Assembly: GCA_964510585.1 (NCBI GenBank)
Contig: CAZECW010000072.1
Coordinates: 1 to 32,000, forward strand
Source of the DNA: an uncultured archaeon
Lineage (GTDB): Archaea; Asgardarchaeota; Jordiarchaeia; Jordiarchaeales; Jordiarchaeaceae
Direction of reading: 5' to 3'
DNA length: 32,000 nt
Part shown: in pieces, positions 9,633 through 17,567 of the stretch
Layout of the letters: each line of letters opens with the position of its first letter
Numbering within the stretch: position 1 is the stretch's first letter
Position numbers and translations under genes: made by a program
Notes under the pieces: generated by a model
The model's database searches: none
Told to the model about the DNA's origin: nothing
The model's input: the letters and a program-made list of their open reading frames with translations, nothing else

Positions 9633-9911
9633 AAAACCTTGGCGAGAAAGCCCCCGACTTCAAGTCGTGGGGATGAATCGCCAAAAAAGTTTATTTGAAA
9701 GTAGGGTACATAAATAGTTGTTGGTAGCTGAAGGGTTTGGCTTGGGCTTAAGAGGCTAAACAAGACGCAGCCCCCATGAGGGTGCCAACATAGACGCCGT
9801 TCCCTTTGAGGGAAGGGCGTGCTAACTGGGTGATGGCACACCCATTGCTTCGAAGGCTCCCGATGAGCCAGAAGCAAGAATCTCCCGACTTCAAGTCGCG
9901 GAGAGTGTCAA
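9633..9911 (+). mobile_element. Non-autonomous IS200/IS605 (IS608-type) element with no tnpA or tnpB (MITE/PATE-like)
   Basis: Target TTAC at 9629-9632. Left guide AAAG (9647-9650) precedes the bulged hairpin CCCC-CGAC-TTCAA-GTCG-T-GGGG (9651-9672). Right guide GAAT (9878-9881) precedes the hairpin CTCC-CGAC-TTCAA-GTCG-C-GGAG (9882-9903). Terminal TCAA at 9908-9911. These match the IS608 AAAG/TTAC and GAAT/TCAA guide/cleavage pairs. In-silico excision restores an in-frame CTG TAA end for rpsJ. Confidence 0.9.
9654..9898 (+). repeat. 14-nt direct repeat CCGACTTCAAGTCG at 9654-9667 and 9885-9898 (subterminal palindromes of the element)
   Basis: Identical sequence in both end hairpins. Confidence 0.9.
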
Positions 9912-9931
9912 AGAAGCTCAACTTCAATATA
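9735..9931 (+). ncRNA. Putative TnpB omega-RNA (reRNA) scaffold plus about 20 nt of flanking guide
   Basis: Consecutive well-paired hairpins at 9767-9785, 9794-9820, 9827-9844, 9845-9877 and the right-end hairpin 9882-9903. The translation ...GRANWVMAHPLL...KQESPDFKS resembles a tnpB 3' tail. The 5' boundary is a guess. Confidence 0.65.
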
Positions 9932-10231
9932 AACATCTTCAGGTACTCGGATACGCATAATCTGTCTTAATGTTCTTTCGTCTGCATCAAGATCAATTAA
10001 TCTTTTGTGGATCCTGATTTCCCACCTTTCCCACGTTGCATTACCCTCTCCACTGGGGCTTTTGCGAACAGGAACTCTTAACCTTTTAGTAGGGAGGGGA
10101 ACTGGCCCTGACATACGAATCCCGGTCTTTTGTGTAATGTTTTTAACTTGGTCACATATCGTGTCTAGCTTCGATGGATTGGTTCCAGAAAGCCTAATTC
10201 TAGCCTTTTGCACCACAACTTGTCCATCCAA
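9908..10231 (-). CDS. rpsJ: 30S ribosomal protein uS10; stop codon supplied by the IS element end
   Basis: KARIRLSG...[10 protein letters not shown]...[24 protein letters not shown]...VYIEVEL. Confidence 0.97.
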   Translation of the reverse strand: MDGQVVVQKARIRLSGTNPSKLDTICDQVKNITQKTGIRMSGPVPLPTKRLRVPVRKSPSGEGNATWERWEIRIHKRLIDLDADERTLRQIMRIRVPEDVYIEVELL

Positions 10232-10407
10232 ATACCTTTTTTTATAATAACAACCGCAAAACCTTCATAAAATCCGAAACTTAAAAAACTTTTCCTTTAA
10301 ATTACTAGTACTACCAACTTATTTATTTTTAGGATAATACTTTCACTAGGTTATTTACGTATTACCTTCTAGGGGAGGGAAATTTACTGGAGATTATTTC
10401 ATCTAAT

Positions 10408-10998
10408 ATGAATTTATACTTAGTTAAGCTGAAGCTTACATAGGTGGAGCTACATATCTTCCCTCGCGAATTTGGCCTTGGGAGAAGACATGAGGTAGAG
10501 CACTAGTGGCTGAAGAGGATCGACAACACCAATCAATGAGCACTTCACAAATCCTCCAAAAAGGATAGCTGAATCATTTTGGACGAGTTCCAAGTACCAG
10601 TCGACGGGAAGTGGTGTTTGCCCTCGGTATCCCTGAACTAGGGTAGGACGAATGGTTCTTGAAGACCCATTTTTTAAAAGACCAGAAAGGAATTGATGGT
10701 TACTATAAGGAAAAATACTTTGCTTTTTGTGATTGACTGAAATGCTATCTCTGAGTGACCAAGATTATGACTGTTGGGTGAAAAGCGTAGTGTGATACTT
10801 ACATGTAGCACTATTCAGCGACATAAGGAACGCATAAAGGTATTTAACTATATCTTCATGAAAAGCAGCTGTGAAATTGAGACCATACTTTATATTGCTC
10901 CATTTCTTGCGCGGCAGGCTATTAAAAATCTTGTTTGTCTCCACAAGTCACCAAATCAAAAGGCCTCACCCAAAAACTACAAAAGACTCTCGAGGTGA
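10408..10998 (+). pseudogene. Degraded IS6-family-like DDE transposase
   Basis: One frame from ATG 10408 with in-frame stops (10441, 10504, 10537, 10570) reads NLYLVKLKLT*VELHIFPREFGLGRRHEVEH*WLKRI and IILDEFQVPVDGKWCL. A frameshifted stretch gives TKIMTVG*KA* and the 10774 ORF gives STIQRHKERIKVF. By eye these resemble the IS6 motifs LYLAGLS..LGV.RSH.AI..WV, VDET.V.VNG.W.Y, IVTDG..AY and IER....KER.K.F. Confidence 0.45.
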
Positions 10999-11096
10999 CA
11001 AAAACCTCAAGTTAACAATTTTATGAAAACACGATTAACTTTATCTACCCAAAAAGAAAATAGAAGGTAATACTAAATTTTTGATGAGAATTTGAG

Positions 11097-11609
11097 GTGC
11101 GTATTTTGTCCATTAAAATTGAGGACATCATGATTAGGGATGTCTTAACAGCCGATGTTTCCGAAAACGTTTTAAGCGCTACCATAAAAATGAATGAGAG
11201 AGAGGTTGGTTCTATAATTATACTTGATGGAAAAAAACCTGTGGGAATCCTCACTGAAAGAGACATCTTGAAGAGAATTGTCGTTGAAAGAAGAGATCCT
11301 GAAAAAACCAAAGTGGAAGAGGTAATGTCAGCCCCACTTATTTCAGCTAAACCGGAAATGAGCCTCGACGACGCAGTAAAAATCATGATTCTTAAAAGAG
11401 TGAAAAAACTACCAATACTCAAAAATGACAAACTTGTAGGAATAATAACACTATTCGACGTAGTCAGATTAAAACCCATAACCATGAATATACTCAAAAG
11501 CTATGAAACAAAAGAAGTCCCTAAAAGTATTGAGAAATACGTAACAAAAATAAAGGGTAAACCCTCTGAATACGAAAAGCATCTGAAAAAAAGGATACCA
11601 GTAAAGTAA
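11097..11609 (+). CDS. CBS-domain pair protein
   Basis: Two CBS repeats (IEDIM...VGSIIIL...PVGILTERDI and VEEVM..PL...VKKLPIL..DKLVGIITLFD); GAGGTG SD overlapping the GTG start region. Confidence 0.9.
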   Translation: MRILSIKIEDIMIRDVLTADVSENVLSATIKMNEREVGSIIILDGKKPVGILTERDILKRIVVERRDPEKTKVEEVMSAPLISAKPEMSLDDAVKIMILKRVKKLPILKNDKLVGIITLFDVVRLKPITMNILKSYETKEVPKSIEKYVTKIKGKPSEYEKHLKKRIPVK

Positions 11610-11657
11610 AGAACTAAAAAAATGATAAATCCATGAGTTAATCGAAAAGCTTGGGTT

Positions 11658-13463
11658 CTACGACATTTTTGCAGCTTCCTCTCTCAGAACGCGTCTAAGA
11701 ACTTTGCCTGCCAAGCTAATAGGTAGCATATCCTTGAAAATAACATCCCTAATTTTTTTGTAAGGGGCGACTTGCTTCTCAACGAACTCCATAAGCTCTT
11801 CCTTAGTAGCGGAGGCGCCCTCTTTAAGGACTACGAAGGCTACAGGAATCTCACCGACACTCTCATCTGGCTTTCCAACAACAGTACACTCCTTAACGGC
11901 CGGATGCATGTGAAGCACCTCCTCAATATCCCTTGGAAACACGGAATAACCTTTATACTTGAGTAGATCCTTTTTACGGTCCACTATGTAGAAGTAACCG
12001 TCCTCGTCCATTTTTCCTAGATCGCCGGTGTAAAGCCAGCCGTTTCTGAGCACACTTTTTGTTTCTTCTGGTTTGTTCCAATAGCCTCTCATAATTTGAG
12101 GCCCTTTAACTATAATCTCGCCCAACTCACCTGGAGGGAGCTCCCTAGTCCCTGTTTCAACATCAACAATCTTTGCATCTGTATCAATTATGGGAATACC
12201 CACTGAACCTGGCTTTCTTATGGAGTCTTTAGCGGCAGGATTATATAAAACACCCATAGTTACTTCAGTTAAGCCATAAGCCTCAATAACTATTCCACTT
12301 ATAGCTTCCTGCAATCTCTTTAGATTCGTAACTGGTAATGGAGCGGCTCCTGAAGCTATGAGTTTTATTGAGGATAGGTCGTATTTTTTAAAGTCTGGGT
12401 GGTTTAGTAGGGGCACGAACATGGGCGGCGCTCCGCCAATTGCATCCGGCTTATATTTTTGTATTGCTTCTAGGTACTCTTTGGGATCAAAACGTAAGAA
12501 TATTACCATAGTTTGCATGCTGCATATGGGCAGACACAGATAGGCTATCATCCCCATAGCGTGGAACCATGGAACCGCTGAGAAGGTTACACGTCTTCTG
12601 TTTACCAAATTGTTTACGTCTTCCGGGCTGATTTCTAGACCTGCAGCTTGAAGTTCTTCAGCTATTTGTTCATTGCTTTTTTCTGGATGTATCATCAACT
12701 TTTGCCATATTGGAATGTCAGTATTTTTTTCCATTGTTAGGGGCATCATCCAGAAAGTGTTTTGCATAATGTTTGCTGTAACGTTGAAGTGTGTTAACAT
12801 TACGCCTTTGGGTGTTCCGGTTGTACCCCCGGTGTAGCTTAAATGGGCTAGGTCTTCTCTGGGATTAATGTTTACCCCAGTTGTTTTTGTACTCACTTTA
12901 AGTAATTCTGTGAAAATGTAATCCTCATTCCTTTTCGCTTCTTCGACTTCTATCCTTTCCATACTTGGGGATAAAATTTTTTCAGGGAACAACAGATAAT
13001 CATCGAGACCGGTTGTAATTATGTTTCTTAATTTTGTTTTGTTTTTGATGTTGGTGATTTTTTTGTAAGTTAAATCTATGTTAAATGTGATTATGGTTTC
13101 TGCTCCAGAGTCATTTAATATAATTTCTAGTTCTCTCTCAGAGAATAGAGGGTTACAGGGAACAATAGCAGCCCCTGCTTTAAGGGCACCAAAATAGCTT
13201 ATTATGAATTGAGGAACATTAAGTAGGTGAATAGCAACCCTGTCTCCTTTTTCAACCCCCAACTCGACTAGGGCCGACGCAAATCGATTAGTTAATTCTT
13301 CGTACTCTCCATAAGTGATTTCACGATCATTATATATACTCAGAATTTTCTTTGGAACCCTTTTAGCAGCGTAACTCAAAAATTTATACACAGGCATTTC
13401 AGGATATTCCAAGGATTTGGGAACCATACTAGGCCAGTGTTTCATCCAAGGTTTCTCCAACAC
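11658..13463 (-). CDS. Long-chain fatty acid--CoA ligase (FadD/LcfB-like, ANL superfamily)
   Basis: YTGGTTGTPKG, AYGLTE, GEIIVKGPQIMRGYW, LYTGD, IVDRKKD and GKVLRR motifs. Confidence 0.92.
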   Translation of the reverse strand: MLEKPWMKHWPSMVPKSLEYPEMPVYKFLSYAAKRVPKKILSIYNDREITYGEYEELTNRFASALVELGVEKGDRVAIHLLNVPQFIISYFGALKAGAAIVPCNPLFSERELEIILNDSGAETIITFNIDLTYKKITNIKNKTKLRNIITTGLDDYLLFPEKILSPSMERIEVEEAKRNEDYIFTELLKVSTKTTGVNINPREDLAHLSYTGGTTGTPKGVMLTHFNVTANIMQNTFWMMPLTMEKNTDIPIWQKLMIHPEKSNEQIAEELQAAGLEISPEDVNNLVNRRRVTFSAVPWFHAMGMIAYLCLPICSMQTMVIFLRFDPKEYLEAIQKYKPDAIGGAPPMFVPLLNHPDFKKYDLSSIKLIASGAAPLPVTNLKRLQEAISGIVIEAYGLTEVTMGVLYNPAAKDSIRKPGSVGIPIIDTDAKIVDVETGTRELPPGELGEIIVKGPQIMRGYWNKPEETKSVLRNGWLYTGDLGKMDEDGYFYIVDRKKDLLKYKGYSVFPRDIEEVLHMHPAVKECTVVGKPDESVGEIPVAFVVLKEGASATKEELMEFVEKQVAPYKKIRDVIFKDMLPISLAGKVLRRVLREEAAKMS

Positions 13464-13917
13464 TCATTCCTCCCATAAAAAGTTTATATAATATAGTAAT
13501 TATAAATAATAAAAAGTTTACTATAATTAAAGATTCTTTAACTCATTATGTGTCTTAGCTGGATTCCAACAGAGGATTGACTGATGACCGAAGCATTACA
13601 ATTAACAAAAGGCTGTAAAGACCTCTTTGGAGAAAGGAAGGGAGGGGGGAATTTGAATGAATAGTATTTGGCAATTCCCCTCGAATAATTTTGGGGAATT
13701 CTTGTACACAGTATTCTGTAAAACCCATCAAATAAACTGGATATTAAGTAGCTTATTTGTTTGATGCAAAGAATTGCACTCTTTGGGGGTGAAAGATAGG
13801 AAAATATTCCTGATATACTAGGATATTAAGAGAAAAAATGTTTATTAGGACAATTTAATCTAATTGATTCACTAAGTTATTCACCGATTACGAAGTTTAT
13901 TCTGAGTGTGCCATCAT

Positions 13918-13983
13918 ATGAGGGAAAAATGGAAGAAAAAAAGACTGCGGAGACAGAGACGAAAAAGGAGAAAAAGAAAGTAA
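13918..13983 (+). CDS. rpl41e: Ribosomal protein eL41 (eS32), 21 aa: MREKWKKKRLRRQRRKRRKRK
   Basis: Translated by hand from ATG 13918 to TAA 13983. It fits the MRxKWxKKRxRRxxRKRRK pattern of eL41 and is below the ORF-track size cutoff. Confidence 0.88.
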   Translation: MREKWKKKRLRRQRRKRRKRK

Positions 13984-14205
13984 AATCAAATTTATTATTA
14001 AGGTACTTATTTTAGAAATAACATTTTACGTTGTAAGTAAAACTCGTTGAATGAGGAAAAGTTAGCTATTTTTGAGTATGCCATGAAAAATTTGAATGCC
14101 TTTTCATCCTTTTTCTAAGACGCGAAGTTTATGAGGGCTTGACATAAAGATTAAAAAAAGAGAATATATGTAGAGGGTTAATCGTCGTAACATTTAGAGT
14201 GGTAT

Positions 14206-15399
14206 TTAGCCAACTATTTCTGGCTCTATTGGCGTCTTTGGCAGAACTTCATTGCCCTTCTCTTTTATCCAAACAGGCCTCTCCAGTCGAAAACCGCCAA
14301 CGCCGGGTTTATTCAGAACCACTGCCGCTATCTCGACCATATTTGGCTCCAGTTCCATCTCGCTCCAAGGCTCCAAATCAACAATAATCGGGTAAGACTC
14401 GTTGCCCACACCTCCAATGCCATGCGAAAAAGCAAATAATATGTCGTTTCCGTAACCATGCTTTGTAGCTATTTTTACTAGATTTGTTGCAATTTCTCCC
14501 CGATTTGCCCCTGCCTGCATTGAATCGATTAGAGCGTAGCTTATTTCTATATATGCTTCCGCAAGTTTTTTCTGATCTTTTGTAGGTTGGCCTACGAAGT
14601 AGTTGTGGGATAAGTCACCGTAATACAATTGGTACATCGCGTGTAAATCAACAAGTACGTTATCCCCAGGCTGGATTATTTTTGTAGTTGCAGGTGTGCA
14701 ACCACCCATAGCATAAGCAGTTCTGTAGCCGGATGCTATTTCTTGCCCACCTGTAAGTGTCCATGCCCAATCGCTCCCAGCTTTCCTCATAGCATACTCA
14801 GCTATACCTGCTACTTCCGTTTCAGTCATACCAACGCAGAGTTCTTCTTTCACTGCCTTCTGACCTACATCAGTAATTTCGGAGGCTCTTTTTAAGAGTT
14901 TAATTTCCTCTGGTTCTTTAATGCTTGTGATATAATCTATTATTGGTGTTGCGTTTTTAAATTCGGCTTCTGGTAACATGCTTTTCAGTTTGTCATACTC
15001 AGCCGCTAGTATGTGTCCAGATGCCAAAATCATTTCCTGCCCATACTCAACACCTATTCTGCCCTTCTCATAACCAAGTTTCTTAATTGACTCAACGATT
15101 TGGGGCTCAAGGTACATACCCTCAGCAGGCCCCCAAATTTTGACGTTTTTAATCCAACTATCGTCCTTCACTCGTTCTGCATCAAGTAGTAGAGTAAATA
15201 TTTCCGGGTCTCCATCCATAGGAATCACTATCGCACTTCTCCACGGGATGAACGCCCCACTGAAATATCCAAGACTTCGGAGGCGAGTTCCAATTATGAC
15301 GTCAATTTTTTCTTCTTCCATTTTTGCCCTAACTTTTTTCAATCTTCCCTCAAAATTTATGGTAACTGGTGCACTCATTTTTTTCACCTCAGTGAACAT
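14206..15399 (-). CDS. M24 (Xaa-Pro peptidase/creatinase fold) hydrolase with a non-canonical active site (start probably ATG 15378)
   Basis: Creatinase-N domain, IKEPEEIKLLKRA, D-x10-D, HGIG and RLE motifs; GAGGTG SD at 15385-15390 (minus strand). Confidence 0.85.
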   Translation of the reverse strand: MFTEVKKMSAPVTINFEGRLKKVRAKMEEEKIDVIIGTRLRSLGYFSGAFIPWRSAIVIPMDGDPEIFTLLLDAERVKDDSWIKNVKIWGPAEGMYLEPQIVESIKKLGYEKGRIGVEYGQEMILASGHILAAEYDKLKSMLPEAEFKNATPIIDYITSIKEPEEIKLLKRASEITDVGQKAVKEELCVGMTETEVAGIAEYAMRKAGSDWAWTLTGGQEIASGYRTAYAMGGCTPATTKIIQPGDNVLVDLHAMYQLYYGDLSHNYFVGQPTKDQKKLAEAYIEISYALIDSMQAGANRGEIATNLVKIATKHGYGNDILFAFSHGIGGVGNESYPIIVDLEPWSEMELEPNMVEIAAVVLNKPGVGGFRLERPVWIKEKGNEVLPKTPIEPEIVG

Positions 15400-15662
15400 A
15401 ATGTATGAATGGAGGTTGATAAAAATAATGTCTAAAAATATATTTTTAAATGGCTAGAATTACCTTTTATTTTAAAAATATATTTTACGGGGTAAATGAG
15501 AAGGAGAGCACCGTCAGTTTGCTAATAGCTTCTCTTCTGGTTCGGTGAAAGATTTGTTTCCTAAAAAAGGCACCGGATATCCATATCTCCTCCAATTTTT
15601 AATATTTAAACAATGTATGCGTGCCTAATTTTCATTATCTTCCGAGGAAAAAACCGTTATGT

Positions 15663-16454
15663 TTATTGGCGGCCCTCTAGTTCTCTATAACATCTTTCTG
15701 TGGATTTTCGATCCCGCAGAAGCTCATAACAGATACCTAAGTATTGCCAAGCTTTTTCATAGTAGGGATCTATTTCTATTGCCTTTTCATAGTAGGGAAT
15801 TGCCTTTTCTGGATTCAAATGTTTCATGTAATAGTTGCCTAGATTAACCCATGCACACTTATTTTCTGGATCGCTTTTTAGTGAGTTTTGGTAGCATTCC
15901 AAGGCCTTTTCTTCTTTAGTTAGCTTATCATAAATTACACCTAGATTATACCAAGCAATTCCGTTTTTGGGATTTGAATTTATGGCATTTTGATAACATA
16001 CTATAGAGTCATCAAGTTTATCTATGGCTTCGTATATTATTCCAAGAGTAATCCAGGCTTGGCAGTCTCTCGGATCAAGCTCTACACATCTATTTAAACA
16101 TTTGAGAGCCTTTTCGTATTCGCCTGTTTTATTGTATATTTCTCCCATTTCACGTAGTGCTAACGGGTCTTCAGGTTGAAGTTTTAATGCTTCATCAAAA
16201 CATTTGAGGGCTTCACTTGTTTTACCTAGAAACTTGTACAGGTTCCCTAAGTTGCATAAGGCATTAACTAAATTTATTGCCGCTTCCTCCTCATCAGGCT
16301 TCAAAATCTTGCAACCTGACCTCAAGTCAATATAATGTTTGGAAGCTTCATTAATAAACTTCTGGTAATATTCAATTGCTTCGGTGTAGTTCCCCATTAT
16401 GCTATTCTTCATTGCATACTTAAATAACTTCATTACCATAGACACACAACCCAT
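15663..16454 (-). CDS. Tetratricopeptide repeat protein
   Basis: About six tandem 34-aa TPR units (ALCNLGNLY..., AWITLGIIY..., AWYNLGVIY..., AWVNLGNYY..., AWQYLGICY...). Confidence 0.9.
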   Translation of the reverse strand: MGCVSMVMKLFKYAMKNSIMGNYTEAIEYYQKFINEASKHYIDLRSGCKILKPDEEEAAINLVNALCNLGNLYKFLGKTSEALKCFDEALKLQPEDPLALREMGEIYNKTGEYEKALKCLNRCVELDPRDCQAWITLGIIYEAIDKLDDSIVCYQNAINSNPKNGIAWYNLGVIYDKLTKEEKALECYQNSLKSDPENKCAWVNLGNYYMKHLNPEKAIPYYEKAIEIDPYYEKAWQYLGICYELLRDRKSTERCYRELEGRQ

Positions 16455-16868
16455 AATATGGTAAAAATCTATTCCAAAATAATATTGTGAGTATTTGGTT
16501 AAGTTCTAATTTTACATGTTACAATTTATTCGCATCTCCATTGTTTCCAAAAAGGTATTTAAACCAAACAATTTTAAAACAAAATATAGATTAAACAAAA
16601 CTAAATTTTCCAAAAAATAGATTCAAAAAGGTAAGTTCAATAGAAATCTGTAATTACTTATTTCTAAAGGCCCTCTCCTTGTGCATCAGCTTTAAGCTTA
16701 GTTCTACAGTTAACGGTTAACCTACCCAATACTTGCTCTATTCTTCTTTTCTGTGCCAATTTAACATTCAGAAGTTTGAATACAATTAGTATAAAACTTA
16801 ATTAATTAATAGATTTTATTAAGCACTTTTAGAGATTATTTGGTAGAATTGGAGAAGATGAGTTAAGA

Positions 16869-17567
16869 ATGGCTACGGAAAAAAGAAAAAATAAGGATTA
16901 TCAGAGAATTCCTACAAATATACCCTCTCTTGACAATATGCTTGGTGGGGGGATACCTTTTGGCGTAATAACTCATATTTTTGGAGCCTCTGCGACTGGA
17001 AAAACTACTCTTGCACTTCAGTGCACATTAAATACTTTAAGAAAAGGTATGAAAACAATTTATATAGATACTGAAAAGGGTGTCCATCCTAGTAGGATAT
17101 TGCAAATGGCGGATTCTAAGGATCTTTTACAAGCCCTATTAATTATAAGGCCCCAATCTTTTGCTGAACAATCCACTTTGATTGATAAGATGGAATCATT
17201 CACAGTTAGAGGGGTGAAGCTGATAGTCCTTGATACCGCAACAAGACTTTACAGAGTTGAGTTGGGAACTATTCTAAAAAACGTTGCCCTAAATCGTGAG
17301 CTTAACAGGCAAATGGCAGTGCTACTAAATTTAGCAAGCAATCACAACGTAGCTGTCATTGTAACAAATCAGGTTTCAGCAGTTACCCAAGAAAATGGTT
17401 ACCAAAACAAACCCGCGGGTGGGACTATATTATCATATTGGTCTTCGTTAGATTTAAAAATGGAACACTTCGAGATGGGGGTAAGGCGCATAACTATACT
17501 TAAAAATCTTGAAGACCGTAAAGAAAAAATGATTAATGTTTTATTAACAAAAAAAGGGCTACATTGA
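16869..17567 (+). CDS. RadA paralogue (RadB-like RecA-superfamily ATPase, no N-terminal domain)
   Basis: IPTNIPSLDNMLGGGIP..ITHIFG, Walker A GASATGKT, YIDTE, Walker B LIVLD, VIVTNQV. Confidence 0.85.
   Translation: MATEKRKNKDYQRIPTNIPSLDNMLGGGIPFGVITHIFGASATGKTTLALQCTLNTLRKGMKTIYIDTEKGVHPSRILQMADSKDLLQALLIIRPQSFAEQSTLIDKMESFTVRGVKLIVLDTATRLYRVELGTILKNVALNRELNRQMAVLLNLASNHNVAVIVTNQVSAVTQENGYQNKPAGGTILSYWSSLDLKMEHFEMGVRRITILKNLEDRKEKMINVLLTKKGLH

Noticed and set aside
9629-9936. ORFs 9629-9877 and 9748-9936 (minus strand) and a short tnpB-tail-like + frame
   Set aside because: They run across the structured element; the + frame is interrupted by TAG at 9791-9793 and has no RuvC motifs. None is a real CDS.
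13582-13587. Box C-like TGATGA (another ATGATGA at 21185-21191)
   Set aside because: No box D (CTGA) at a suitable distance, so a C/D sRNA is unsupported.
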